Shown here in pieces: positions 1-9,859 of a stretch of DNA of 32,000 nt. A model generated the notes under the pieces. The model searched no databases and had not been told where the DNA came from. It saw only the letters and a list, made by a program, of their open reading frames with translations. The position numbers and the translations under genes were made by a program. This DNA is from Opitutales bacterium. GTDB lineage: Bacteria; Verrucomicrobiota; Verrucomicrobiia; Opitutales; PNEW01. How positions within the stretch are numbered: the stretch's first letter is position 1; each line of letters begins with the position of its first letter. Location: the NCBI GenBank assembly GCA_965219535.1, contig CBDCNV010000002.1:1020001-1052000 (forward strand), written 5' to 3'.

Positions 1-1034
1 ACATTATTGATGAAGTACATATGCTTTCGGCCTCAGCTTTTAATGCCTTGCTAAAAACCCTTGAAGAACCACCCCCCCATGTAAAATTTATCTTTGCAAC
101 GACTGAATCACAAAAAATACTGCCGACAATAGTTTCTCGTTGCCAGCGATTCGAGTTCAGACCTATCCCCGCTACAATAATCGTTCAGCAGCTTGTCAAT
201 ATTGCCGAAGTAGAGAAAATTAAAGTTGAAGAGAAGGCGTTGCACTCAATTGCCCGCTTAGCGGATGGAGGCATGCGTGACGCCCAATCTATTCTTGACC
301 AACTGATATCATTTTGTGGCAAAGAAATAACGGAAAAGGATGTGCTCGATATCTACGGTCTCGCTTCTGCCGAGCAGGTCGAAGACATTTCAAGAGCTAT
401 TGCCTCGGCCAATTATGAGGAAATTGTCGCTCGCGTAGATGAAATTGATGCAGAGGGTCGCGACCTATACCGGGTATTGCTTGATCTCCAGGATTTTGTG
501 CGCTCGGCACTTCTTGAAGCCATACGTCACAAAGGAAAGACCGATAAACTGGGTGCAACGCTAAGCACGGAATCAATCCTGCGATTACTCGACGCGCTTC
601 ACGCCGGTGAGCCCGCGGTGAAGACAGGTCTGTCAGAAAAAGTTAATTTTGAGATAACATTGTTAAAAGCAGTAGAAGAAAGTCGCGTCCGAGCGATCGA
701 TTCCCTGATCAAGGAATTCACTGTTCTAGCCACCAGTATTCCAGAAGAAGAGGATCAAAAAAAAAACCTTATAAGCCCAACGATTGAAGAGACCGTATCT
801 AATTCAGACTCAACGCCAGAAGCTACAGCCTATGAAAACTTGGGAGTCAGTACGAGCCAGGTTGAAGAAGAGGAAGCTTTAGAAATAAATGAATCAGATG
901 CCGATAGGCAGAATGATGACGATCTCGATAAATGGGTGGACAAAATACCGGCATCGACAAAAAAAATTCTCGAGGAAAAATTTAATGGGAAGTTCGTCAC
1001 CGTGCGCTCGGTGAGTTCGAGTGAGTCTGAATGA
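1..1034 (+). CDS. dnaX: DNA polymerase III subunit gamma/tau, 5'-truncated by the window edge
   Basis: The frame is open from nt 3. Nt 3-29 read IIDEVHMLS (clamp-loader Walker B/DExx box), followed by [21 protein letters not shown] and SRCQRF (SRC/sensor motif). The C-terminus is acidic and low-complexity. Stop at 1032-1034. Confidence 0.9.
   Translation, partial: IIDEVHMLSASAFNALLKTLEEPPPHVKFIFATTESQKILPTIVSRCQRFEFRPIPATIIVQQLVNIAEVEKIKVEEKALHSIARLADGGMRDAQSILDQLISFCGKEITEKDVLDIYGLASAEQVEDISRAIASANYEEIVARVDEIDAEGRDLYRVLLDLQDFVRSALLEAIRHKGKTDKLGATLSTESILRLLDALHAGEPAVKTGLSEKVNFEITLLKAVEESRVRAIDSLIKEFTVLATSIPEEEDQKKNLISPTIEETVSNSDSTPEATAYENLGVSTSQVEEEEALEINESDADRQNDDDLDKWVDKIPASTKKILEEKFNGKFVTVRSVSSSESE
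757..787 (+). promoter_or_regulatory. Candidate tau/gamma recoding site in dnaX (A10 slippery tract with nearby stops in both alternate frames)
   Basis: There are ten consecutive A at 757-766, read in frame 0 as CAA AAA AAA AAC. This contains an A AAA AAA heptamer at 758-764. The -1 frame hits TGA at 785-787 and the +1 frame hits TAA at 772-774. Confidence 0.35.
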
Positions 1035-1093
1035 ACAATGATCGGTAAGCTATGATGACGCCAAATTTAAGTTAACGAATAAGGAATTTTTTT

Positions 1094-2431
1094 ATGGCGC
1101 TTTATAAAGAAAAGTTAAAGAAGGGATTTGCCCTTCCAGAATGTGAAAAACATTTTCACGATTTCGACGAAACGTGTATGATTCTAAAAGGCAAAGGCAA
1201 CGGTTATTGGTTAGATCACGAAGGCAATCGGGAAGATTTTGATTTAGAGGAGGGTGACGTTTGGATGATTCCTGCCGGATACGAGCATGGAAGTGAGGGG
1301 CCTAATTCAGAAGATTTCACGATCAGTACTTTTATCGGAACCCAGGCACCAGGCAGTCACCCACCAAAACACTACTATGTCGAAGAAGAGGGATACATCC
1401 CAATGCTACAGCTGGTAAAACATCTCTCGGAGCGTTATACGGTCAACAGTTCCATCCCGGAAACAATGAAAGGGTTGATCTATATTGAAAAAGGTAAAGC
1501 TGCGATACAGGAAGAGCCGACGCCAAATTGTGAAGCCGGGCATCTTTTATGTAAGACTCTCTTTTCAGGGATAACTAACGGAACCGAACGCAATGTGTTA
1601 ACCGGGGGTAGTTACGCAAAGCCTTGGCCCAGCCGTAGCGGCTACCAGGTTGTAGGACAAGTTTTAGAAGTGGGCATTGGCGTGGAAGGATTTAAGACGG
1701 GGGACACGATTTATTCAGGCGAACATAGCGGGCATGTGGAATACTTCAAAGTCCCTGTGATTCCAGGTGAAGACAATAAAATGAAACTGGTAATAAAGCT
1801 CCCCGGAACGATAGAAAAGAAAGAGGCCGCGTTGTTTGGTATGGCTGCCGTAGCCTTGCATGATGTTCGCCGCGCGGGAACAAAACTTGGGGATAAGGTG
1901 CTCGTCGTTGGGGCCGGTCCGGTGGGGCAGTTTACGGCCCAAGCGGCTCTAGCAACAGGCGCGATCGTAAGTATTTGTGATATTAATGTGAAGCGACTGG
2001 ATAAAGCGGGAGAATTCGGCATAGAGCATAGATTTAAGAGTGAAACCCATGAAGACTGGGCGAAGATCAGCGATCATGGCCCTTTTGATATTGTTTTTGA
2101 AGACAGTGGAGCCGATATGTTCGATAAAATATTAGGATTTGATAAACAACGAGGTGTTTTAAAAAATCAAGGCAAGCTGGTCGTCATTGCAGGCAGGAAA
2201 GACGTTGGATACAATTTTAATGCCGGTCAATTCAGTGAACTAGAGTTAATTCATGCCAGTCATTTTGAATTCGATGACCTGGCACAACTGGTTAGATTAG
2301 TTGACGCGGGTGTGATTAAGATTGGCCCTGTCATTCAGGATGTAGTTCCCATTCAAGACGCTGTGCAGATCTATGATCGCTTGCGAGATGCCCCAGACGA
2401 TTTATTTGGTACCGTTTTTACATGGGAATGA
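1094..2431 (+). CDS. Cupin domain fused to an MDR-superfamily (BchC-like, zinc-type ADH fold) dehydrogenase
   Basis: The N-terminal ~100 aa carry both cupin motifs (KHFHDFDE is HxHxxxE; GDVWMIPAGYEH is PxGxxH). The rest is MDR-like: LFSGITNGTERNV (the SxGTE signature of the BchC-like subgroup) and the Rossmann motif VLVVGAGPVGQFTAQAA. AAGGA lies 8-12 nt upstream of the ATG. Confidence 0.75.
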   Translation: MALYKEKLKKGFALPECEKHFHDFDETCMILKGKGNGYWLDHEGNREDFDLEEGDVWMIPAGYEHGSEGPNSEDFTISTFIGTQAPGSHPPKHYYVEEEGYIPMLQLVKHLSERYTVNSSIPETMKGLIYIEKGKAAIQEEPTPNCEAGHLLCKTLFSGITNGTERNVLTGGSYAKPWPSRSGYQVVGQVLEVGIGVEGFKTGDTIYSGEHSGHVEYFKVPVIPGEDNKMKLVIKLPGTIEKKEAALFGMAAVALHDVRRAGTKLGDKVLVVGAGPVGQFTAQAALATGAIVSICDINVKRLDKAGEFGIEHRFKSETHEDWAKISDHGPFDIVFEDSGADMFDKILGFDKQRGVLKNQGKLVVIAGRKDVGYNFNAGQFSELELIHASHFEFDDLAQLVRLVDAGVIKIGPVIQDVVPIQDAVQIYDRLRDAPDDLFGTVFTWE

Positions 2432-2466
2432 ATATTAAATAATATTGGACTTATACTTAGGTTGAG

Positions 2467-3696
2467 ATGGATAAGACAATTTGTCTAATTGGCGCTTTTG
2501 ACACAAAAGGGGTCGATTACAATTTTCTTCGGGAGAAAATCCTGAGTAAAGGTCATCGCGTATTTACAGTTAATACCGGCGTTCTCGGTTCGACAGACTT
2601 GTTCCCCGTCGATGTGGAGACCGATAAGATTGTCAAAGCGGCTGACGGCAGTCTCGAAAATCTTCGCGAGAAGAAAGATCGCGGCGAGGCAATGAAAATT
2701 GTGTCGACCGGTGCAGCAACATTGATGAGCGCGCTTTATCGTGAGGGTAAATTTGACGGCATTATCGGAATGGGCGGATCGGGAGGCACTTCGGTAATCA
2801 CTGCAGCCATGCGGGCACTTCCGCTTGGGTTGCCCAAAGTATGTGTATCGACGATCGCCTCAGGGGATGTTTCCCGTGAGGTGGGAACGAAAGATATTAT
2901 GATGATTCCATCGATAGTTGATGTTGCGGGGGTAAACCGGGTTTCGAACCTTATCTATTCACGAGCTGTGGGTGCGATCTGTGGTATGGTCGAAGAAGAA
3001 ATTATCACTTCTAAAGAAGAAAAACCGATTATCACCGCGTCGATGTTTGGTAACACTACGGAAAGTGTAAATGCCTGCGTTGTGGAACTGACTGCCAAGG
3101 GTTATGAAGTAATCGTATTCCACGCTACAGGAACCGGTGGGAAAACGATGGAAAGTCTTATCGATGAAGGAATGGTCGATGCGGTCCTCGATATTACAAC
3201 AACCGAATGGGCGGACACAATATGTGGGGGGGTATTTGATGCAGGGCCTCAAAGATTGGACGCACCGGGAAAAAAGGGAATTCCCCATCTTATTGTACCG
3301 GGTTGTGTTGATATGGCAAATTTCGGCGGTCCGGACACCGTCCCTTCTCACTATCGTGAAGAAAAGCGTCTCTTTTATGAATGGAATCCCTCTGTGACCC
3401 TAATGAGGACTAATAGAGAGGAAAATGAAAAAATGGGTAAAATATTTGCAGAAAAAGCGAATGCCTCCACTGGACCGGTTGCATTTCTCATCCCGCTCAA
3501 AGGGGTATCCATATTGGATGGAGACGGTGAATTATTCTGCGATCGTGAAGCTGACCGTGCGATGTTTGACGGGATAAAGAGAAATCTTAAAAAAGACATC
3601 CTTTATGTTGAAGTGGATTACAATATAAATGATCCTGAATTTTCTAAAAAAGCAGTTAAAATGATGCTCGAATTAATTTATCAGAAAAACAATTAA
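2467..3696 (+). CDS. UPF0261 family protein (Tm-1 N-terminal-like ATP-binding domain)
   Basis: The N-terminus [21 protein letters not shown] and the length (~409 aa) are typical of UPF0261. It sits immediately upstream (2 nt gap) of its usual PEP-hydrolase-like partner. Confidence 0.7.
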   Translation: MDKTICLIGAFDTKGVDYNFLREKILSKGHRVFTVNTGVLGSTDLFPVDVETDKIVKAADGSLENLREKKDRGEAMKIVSTGAATLMSALYREGKFDGIIGMGGSGGTSVITAAMRALPLGLPKVCVSTIASGDVSREVGTKDIMMIPSIVDVAGVNRVSNLIYSRAVGAICGMVEEEIITSKEEKPIITASMFGNTTESVNACVVELTAKGYEVIVFHATGTGGKTMESLIDEGMVDAVLDITTTEWADTICGGVFDAGPQRLDAPGKKGIPHLIVPGCVDMANFGGPDTVPSHYREEKRLFYEWNPSVTLMRTNREENEKMGKIFAEKANASTGPVAFLIPLKGVSILDGDGELFCDREADRAMFDGIKRNLKKDILYVEVDYNINDPEFSKKAVKMMLELIYQKNN

Positions 3697-3698
3697 TT

Positions 3699-4532
3699 AT
3701 GTCATTCACACGTGAAGAGATTATTGAACGACTGAAAAAAAACATAGATGCGGGATTACCCATAATAGGTGCGGGTGCCGGTACAGGTATAAGCGCGAAG
3801 TTTGAAGAAGCGGGTGGTGTCGATCTAATCGTGATATATAATAGCGGTCGATTTCGTATGGCGGGAAGAGGGTCTCTTTCCGGGGCCATGCCCTATGGAG
3901 ATGCTAATGCGATTGTCATGGAAATGGCAGGTGAAGTGCTCACCATAGTTAAAGATACACCTGTTCTTGCCGGCGTTTGCGGAACGGACCCTTTTCGGCA
4001 AATGGATTTATTTTTGCAAGAGGTGAAAGCGATTGGATTTTCCGGAATACAGAATTTTCCCACGGTTGGATTATGTGACGGCTTTTTCCGTCAGAATCTG
4101 GAAGAAACAGGGATGGGTTACGATCTTGAGGTAGAGATGATTGGCAAAGCGCGAAAGATGGACCTTTTTACCTCACCCTACGCATTTAATGTTGAGGAAG
4201 CAAAAGCGATGACCCAGGCGGGTGCGGATGTCGTTGTTGCGCACATGGGATTAACGACGAAAGGAGCAATTGGAGCATCGACAGCTGTGACATTAGAAGA
4301 TTCGCCAGCAAAGGTTCAGGAAATTTGCGAAGTGGCTAAGAACATAAATTCAGAAGTCATAGTTTTGTGTCACGGTGGACCCATCGCTATGCCTGAAGAT
4401 GCGGAATATGTTCTGCAGCGAACAGAGGGAGTCGACGGATTTTACGGTGCATCAAGTATGGAACGCCTGCCTGTTGAGACGGCGATAAAGGACCAAATGT
4501 CTCAGTTCAAGGCCATTCGATTTAAAAAATAA
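3699..4532 (+). CDS. Phosphoenolpyruvate hydrolase-like TIM-barrel protein (Tm-1 C-terminal-like)
   Basis: The strings [77 protein letters not shown] and [11 protein letters not shown] match my recollection of this family closely. Confidence 0.75.
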   Translation: MSFTREEIIERLKKNIDAGLPIIGAGAGTGISAKFEEAGGVDLIVIYNSGRFRMAGRGSLSGAMPYGDANAIVMEMAGEVLTIVKDTPVLAGVCGTDPFRQMDLFLQEVKAIGFSGIQNFPTVGLCDGFFRQNLEETGMGYDLEVEMIGKARKMDLFTSPYAFNVEEAKAMTQAGADVVVAHMGLTTKGAIGASTAVTLEDSPAKVQEICEVAKNINSEVIVLCHGGPIAMPEDAEYVLQRTEGVDGFYGASSMERLPVETAIKDQMSQFKAIRFKK

Positions 4533-4627
4533 GACGGATTAGGCATGCAAAGGGCTTAACGCGAAAATTAGATCTTAAATAGGCTTGACCATAACGGGAC
4601 TCATGAACGTTTAATTTTTACTTACTG

Positions 4628-5062
4628 ATGAGTGATAAAAACAGAGATTTCAATGGGGTTGTTGATCAGATCATTCGGGATGACCCGCGTTTCACGAAAG
4701 GAGTATACTATTTTATGCGTGAGGCCCTTGATCATACCTTAAGCAACTTGAAGCGAAAAAAGAATATCCGAAAATCAAACCATGTGTCCGGGCAACAGTT
4801 GCTTGAAGGTATCCGCGAATACGCTTTAGATCAGTATGGTCCGATGACCATGACTTTATTGGAACAATGGGGAGTAAACGCCTGTGAGGATTTTGGAGAA
4901 ATAGTCTTTAATCTCGTTGAGCATGGAGTATTTGGTAAAACCGAGAGCGATCAGAAACAGGACTTTAGTCAAGGGTATGATTTTCGTAATGCGTTTGTGC
5001 AACCTTATCTCCCGGCAAATAAAAATTTGAAGGAAAACGGCGGAAACAAAGAAGAAAATTGA
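4628..5062 (+). CDS. Conserved hypothetical protein, possibly the Verrucomicrobia/Planctomycetes-restricted Minf_1886-type family (name from memory only)
   Basis: It is a clean 144-aa ORF in its own intergenic context. The composition is globular (YYFMREALDHT, HVSGQQLLEGIREYALDQYG). I recognised no catalytic motif. Confidence 0.55.
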   Translation: MSDKNRDFNGVVDQIIRDDPRFTKGVYYFMREALDHTLSNLKRKKNIRKSNHVSGQQLLEGIREYALDQYGPMTMTLLEQWGVNACEDFGEIVFNLVEHGVFGKTESDQKQDFSQGYDFRNAFVQPYLPANKNLKENGGNKEEN

Positions 5063-5124
5063 ATTTTCTTTGACCTGATTAAATTCCTTGTACCGCAAGT
5101 TTTGTTCTTTCATGCCCTGTATAA

Positions 5125-7692
5125 ATGATGATTCATGAGAACAGTGAGAACGGGAAAATGGATTCATTCCTCGAGAAATTATTTTGCGAAAAGGTAGAAC
5201 GATTTACCCTCTCTAATGGCCTGACAGTTTTGCTTAAAGAAGAGCACGCAAATAAAATTGCTTCAGTCCAAGTCTGGGTAAAGACGGGCAGTATTTATGA
5301 AGGTTCACTCCTGGGCGCGGGGGTGTCTCACTTTCTGGAACATATGCTTTTTAAAGGGACGGAAAAACGTTCAGGAGAGGAACTAACCCGTGAGATTCAA
5401 GCTGCGGGTGCGTATATCAATGCCTATACCACCTTCGACCGGACGGTCTATTATATAGAGACACCGAGTGAAGAGACGGGATTAGCTATCGATATTCTTG
5501 CGGATGCAGCGCTTTGCTCAATTTTACCGGTCGAAGAGGTAGCAAAAGAGCGAGAAGTGATCCTGCGCGAAATTGACATGGGAGAGGACGACCCCGATCG
5601 TCAAGTATCTCGCGCGCTGTTTAGAAACGCATTCCGGGAGCATCCTTATCGTTACCCCGTCATTGGACACCGTGAATTATTTGATACACTATCAAGAGAA
5701 GATTTGTTAACTTACTATCAAGCCCGGTATGTACCCAACAACATGGCTCTCGTTGTGGTTGGTGATTTTTGCTCAAGCGAGCTACGAGATGAAATTGAAA
5801 AGAACTTTGGTTCCCACGCGCGAAAACGATTGGCGATTCCTTATGTGCCCGATGAGCCCTTACAGCTCAGCATGCGTGAAGAGCATCTAGAAGGTGAAGT
5901 CAATGTCTGCCGCGGCAATATTGCTTTTCGCATACCCGGATTAACACATGGGGATACCCCCGGATGCGATATCCTGGCGGCAATCCTGGGGAGTGGATAC
6001 AGTTCTATTCTTTGGCAGCAGCTACGCGATAAAAGAAAAATTGTACATTATATTGACGCCTCATGCTGGAATCCTGGCAACGTAGGTTTTCTGAGCATCA
6101 ATTACGTTTGTGATCCAGATAAACAAGCGGGGGCCCAGAGCGCGATCCTCGATGAACTGACTCGATTGGGAAATGAAGGAATTCGTTCGGAACAGGTCGA
6201 TAAGGCAGTGCGTCAAGCGGTTGTAGGGGAGGTCAGTATACGCAAGACTGTAAGCGGTCAGGCCTCTCGTCTGGGAATGGCAGAAATAGTGGTTGGCGAT
6301 TTAGGATATCCACGCAATTATATTGAAAAGATTCATAAACTAGGACCAGAAGAAGTCAGCGAGTTGATAGGAACTTATTTCAGAAATGACCGTATGACCG
6401 CAGTTTCTTTAAATGCGATGGGTTCGAATATATCATCTGAATCAGTGCTCACCGGAAGTAAGGAGTCACCTGATTTTAAAACGCATACTCTCGATAACGG
6501 TGTAAGGATTGTCTTTCAACCGGACAACAAGCTGCCAAAAGTACATATAAAGATTGTAAGCTTAGGTGGAGCAATTTACGAAAATGATTCGCAGCGTGGA
6601 ATTACCAGTCTCTTGTCCACTCTTTTAACGCGCGATACGCGCAATCGCAATGCGGAGGAGGTAGCCGAAACGATTGAGAGAGTGGGGGGATCATTCAATG
6701 AATTTATCGGCGATAATACATTTGGGCTCTCGATGGAGGTTATGTCTCAAGATTATAAACTCGCATTGGAATTACTTGATGAAGCGCTCCATGGGCCAGA
6801 CTTTGATGTCAATACATTCAATACTGAACTAGCTGCTCAGATTGCGATGATTAAAGAAGAAAACGATGAAATTGTATATTATGGGCTCAGAAAGCTAAGA
6901 GAATTATTTTATTGTGATCACCCATTCAAAATAGACTCATCGGGTTCTGAAGAAACATTAGAGGATTTAAATGTCAGTGAGATTAGCGATCATTATGATC
7001 GACTAATCAGGGGGCGAAATATTGTTGCAGCCATAGTCGGAGATTTTGATCCTGAAAGCGTAATACCCGAGTTCGAATCACTACTTAATAAATTTCCGGA
7101 AAGGGATTTTATTGAAGTAAAAAAGTCCTTTTCTGGACCATCAAAGTCAGGATTATTTGAGTTTACCATACCACGCGAACAGGCTGTTGTTTTTCAGGCT
7201 TATCAAGGTGCGGGTATTTTATCGGATGACATATATGTCAGTAAAATACTTGATGAGCTTTTCAGTAATATGTCCGGCCGTCTTTTCGAACGGGTTCGAG
7301 AAAAACGCAGTTTGGCGTATTTTGTAGGGGCTCAGTGTATCGTTGGTCTAGATCATGGCATGTTTTATCTCTACGCGGGAACACATCCTTCGAAATACAA
7401 TGATGTAATAGACGAATTTAATCAGGAAATATCACGTGTGAAGTCGGGGGGAGTGAGCGAAGATGAATTGCGGCGTGCGCAGACGCGGTTGAAAGCGCAA
7501 AAACGCATGGGCATGCAGACGATTGGCGCTCGTGCGACGATGGTGGCCCTGAATATAATATATGGGAAACCGGCCAACGAATGGAAGCAGTATGACGAGC
7601 GTATTCAAGCAGTCACCCTGGATGACTTAGTGAATTTTTCCAATCAGTATTTTAATGACGACCGAAAGATTAATTTGGTGGTGAAACCCTAG
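5125..7692 (+). CDS. M16 (pitrilysin/insulinase) family zinc peptidase, fused active plus inactive halves
   Basis: The N-terminal half has the inverted zinc motif HFLEHMLFKGT (HxxEH) and the downstream Glu region EREVILREI. The second half (from about aa 450) repeats the fold without HxxEH. An alternative start is Met at 5155 (MDSFLEKL). Confidence 0.85.
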   Translation: MMIHENSENGKMDSFLEKLFCEKVERFTLSNGLTVLLKEEHANKIASVQVWVKTGSIYEGSLLGAGVSHFLEHMLFKGTEKRSGEELTREIQAAGAYINAYTTFDRTVYYIETPSEETGLAIDILADAALCSILPVEEVAKEREVILREIDMGEDDPDRQVSRALFRNAFREHPYRYPVIGHRELFDTLSREDLLTYYQARYVPNNMALVVVGDFCSSELRDEIEKNFGSHARKRLAIPYVPDEPLQLSMREEHLEGEVNVCRGNIAFRIPGLTHGDTPGCDILAAILGSGYSSILWQQLRDKRKIVHYIDASCWNPGNVGFLSINYVCDPDKQAGAQSAILDELTRLGNEGIRSEQVDKAVRQAVVGEVSIRKTVSGQASRLGMAEIVVGDLGYPRNYIEKIHKLGPEEVSELIGTYFRNDRMTAVSLNAMGSNISSESVLTGSKESPDFKTHTLDNGVRIVFQPDNKLPKVHIKIVSLGGAIYENDSQRGITSLLSTLLTRDTRNRNAEEVAETIERVGGSFNEFIGDNTFGLSMEVMSQDYKLALELLDEALHGPDFDVNTFNTELAAQIAMIKEENDEIVYYGLRKLRELFYCDHPFKIDSSGSEETLEDLNVSEISDHYDRLIRGRNIVAAIVGDFDPESVIPEFESLLNKFPERDFIEVKKSFSGPSKSGLFEFTIPREQAVVFQAYQGAGILSDDIYVSKILDELFSNMSGRLFERVREKRSLAYFVGAQCIVGLDHGMFYLYAGTHPSKYNDVIDEFNQEISRVKSGGVSEDELRRAQTRLKAQKRMGMQTIGARATMVALNIIYGKPANEWKQYDERIQAVTLDDLVNFSNQYFNDDRKINLVVKP

Positions 7693-7700
7693 ACTTCGGT

Positions 7701-7720
7701 CTCCCCTTACGACGGGGGGA
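7701..7720. terminator. Weak GC hairpin between convergent genes (possible bidirectional terminator)
   Basis: The sequence ctCCCCttacgacGGGGgga lies in the 33-nt gap between the stop at 7692 (+) and the stop at 7726 (-). The stem is only 4-5 bp and there is no clean U-tract. Confidence 0.25.
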
Positions 7721-7725
7721 AATAT

Positions 7726-8721
7726 TCAATTCTGGATACCGACGAAAGCCCCACCATGCTCGTAGGTCAATTCACGCATGAGATTGGCAAACTTTAATCC
7801 TGTCTTGGTATAGTGGCGCTCAAATTTAACCACATGCGGGAAGCCAATGGCATTAATCGTGATAGCTCGATTACCTTCTTCATCTTTAGGGTTTAGTTTA
7901 TCGATACGTGTTAGCACTTTACTCGCGGTATCTGTATATTCATCACCAAAAACATAAATCCCTATTTTTTTATCCGGATCGTCGGGATCGAGAAAGACTT
8001 TAACAGCCTTCGTGATGCCCGGCACGGGGTTGCTCTGACTGTGATGACTGTAGAATGCTAAGGCACGACCTATTGCCGAGCGTACTGTGGGGCTATCGGG
8101 TATCCACTGACCGGCTGTGGGCCGCAGGATATAATTGCCATCGGCATCTAAAATCTGGATCGCGGTAACAATCGGATATATTTCGAGAGTTTCTTGAACC
8201 TTACTTATTACAATATTCCAGATTCTACCGGAACGGGGATCTCGCATACTTCCCGAGGTATCAAGAATAAAAATAAGATGATTGCTTTCCACCGGTACCC
8301 CGATGGGAAGTTCGGATTCAATTTGTTCGAGTTCAACTAATTGCTGTTGGGCGTCCACGTATTGTTGCATATCGTCAATTTCTACAAGCAAGTTCTCTTT
8401 ACCGTAAAGGGATTCTTTGATTTTCTTCTCTAAAAGTTCGATTTCGACTTTCATTGCCGCGACCGTATCTTTTTCAAGTCTCAGCGCGTCTTTTTTCTTT
8501 TTATTTTCGAGAGTTAAATGAATAGTTTTACCATTAATGGACTCGAGTTCCGTCATTCTTTCCTGGTAAAGTTTGAATAGGGTATCGCGGATATCTCTGA
8601 TTACGAGTCGTTCGGAACCCAGAGAGATTACAAATAATAGGATGATGGCTCCAAACCCACAGCTGATACAGTCGAGGAATGAGAGGCTGAAAATAGATAG
8701 ATCGCGTCTTGATTTTCTCAT
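7726..8721 (-). CDS. Membrane-anchored coiled-coil vWA protein with an ExbD/TolR-like Asp-containing N-terminal TM helix (intact MIDAS)
   Basis: The N-terminus is MRKSRRD-LSIFSLSFLDCISCGFGAIILLFVI: a basic patch, then a TM helix with Asp17 (codon 8671-8673). Aa ~40-135 are heptad-rich (K/E/L). The vWA domain has the MIDAS motif LIFILDTSGSM (DxSxS, nt 8248-8262), plus SNPVPGI and IYVFGDE. Its ATG overlaps the upstream stop (ATGA at 8718-8721). Confidence 0.8.
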   Translation of the reverse strand: MRKSRRDLSIFSLSFLDCISCGFGAIILLFVISLGSERLVIRDIRDTLFKLYQERMTELESINGKTIHLTLENKKKKDALRLEKDTVAAMKVEIELLEKKIKESLYGKENLLVEIDDMQQYVDAQQQLVELEQIESELPIGVPVESNHLIFILDTSGSMRDPRSGRIWNIVISKVQETLEIYPIVTAIQILDADGNYILRPTAGQWIPDSPTVRSAIGRALAFYSHHSQSNPVPGITKAVKVFLDPDDPDKKIGIYVFGDEYTDTASKVLTRIDKLNPKDEEGNRAITINAIGFPHVVKFERHYTKTGLKFANLMRELTYEHGGAFVGIQN

Positions 8722-9782
8722 GTATCAGGCCAGGTTCTTGAGGGAGAAATAAAAGACCCTTTGGTCTTATTGGCGAGGAGCCAATAGCGAGCCGGCGCGT
8801 CGGGGTCGCGATAACCGGAGGGTAAGAGAATTGTATTAATGGGAACACCGCTGAGAATTTGTTGTTCCGCCGCGGTGTACATATTTAATCGTTTAATCGG
8901 ATCATTACCATCGCCGCTAACGGAATCGCTTAATGTGGGCAAACCGTCGACGATGAGAATGATATTATCGGGAAGTGGATATATCTGCCGTGACTCCCAT
9001 AATGCCCGTTCCAGATTGGCTCCTCCCTGAGGGACGACCTGTTTCATCTGTGTCAGCACTTCGCTTATCGTTTCGCGATCATCGAGATTAAGCCATTGGT
9101 TGCGAAAATCTTCAACCATGGGGTGTGGTTCCCGGTTGAAATAATATAGCTGAAACTGGGTAGGTGGACGCATCGAACCCAGGAGCCATTCGACGGAACG
9201 CAGTACGCGTTGCCATTTAGGCGCTTGTCGTTTTTCCTCATCTGTATCTCCAAGTCGTTCAAGAATGGCATCCGTATCATCGTCAAGCATTCCTCCAGAT
9301 GCCTCGACGATGATTAATACGCGTTCCCCGTCCATTTTAAAATCGGTTAGATATTGTCTTTTTATATAATTAGGTATGGGTACAGGCACCTCTTCTTCAA
9401 TTGTCGGGATTTCATCAAATTCGCCGAGAAGGGTATCCTTAGACTCTTCAAGCTCGGCAAGTAAGGTGAGGAGTAACATTAAATCGTCATTTTTATCCTC
9501 AAGAATTTTTTCGAGCGTGATTTTTTCGGCGGTCAACTTCGACAATTGTGATTCGTTCTCTTCAAGAAGGCTGGCGAGAAGACGAAGGCGTGCGTCTTCA
9601 GCTTGAATATTTTTTTGTAATTTACCGAGATCAACACTTACATCAGAAAGTTGCTCATTACGGGCTTCTGATTTTTTTCCACTCGTGAGAACAAAAAGCA
9701 GAATGACAGCACCGAATCCGCAACATATGCAATCGAGGAAACTGACGCTAAATGCTTGAACTTGTCTCTTCCTTTTCGGCAT
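8718..9782 (-). CDS. Paralogous membrane-anchored coiled-coil vWA-like protein with an ExbD/TolR-like Asp TM helix (degenerate MIDAS)
   Basis: The N-terminus is MPKRKRQVQAFSVSFLDCICCGFGAVILLFVL, with Asp17 at codon 9732-9734. This is nearly identical to the TM segment of the downstream paralog. Aa ~40-125 are coiled coil. The vWA-like core reads VLIIVEASGGM (ExSxG in place of DxSxS) and IILIVDGLPT. Confidence 0.75.
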   Translation of the reverse strand: MPKRKRQVQAFSVSFLDCICCGFGAVILLFVLTSGKKSEARNEQLSDVSVDLGKLQKNIQAEDARLRLLASLLEENESQLSKLTAEKITLEKILEDKNDDLMLLLTLLAELEESKDTLLGEFDEIPTIEEEVPVPIPNYIKRQYLTDFKMDGERVLIIVEASGGMLDDDTDAILERLGDTDEEKRQAPKWQRVLRSVEWLLGSMRPPTQFQLYYFNREPHPMVEDFRNQWLNLDDRETISEVLTQMKQVVPQGGANLERALWESRQIYPLPDNIILIVDGLPTLSDSVSGDGNDPIKRLNMYTAAEQQILSGVPINTILLPSGYRDPDAPARYWLLANKTKGSFISPSRTWPDT

Positions 9783-9859
9783 GATCGCTGCTTTGTAATC
9801 CGAGGTTTTAGGTTTTCGTTAAGCCTGAACTTCAATGCTTAATAGAGGAGTGTAGACTC

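Noticed and set aside
959-966. A second A-run (A8) near the 3' end of dnaX as a recoding site.
   Set aside because: It lies about 23 codons before the natural stop, so a shift there would not yield a meaningfully different product. It is probably just Lys codons.
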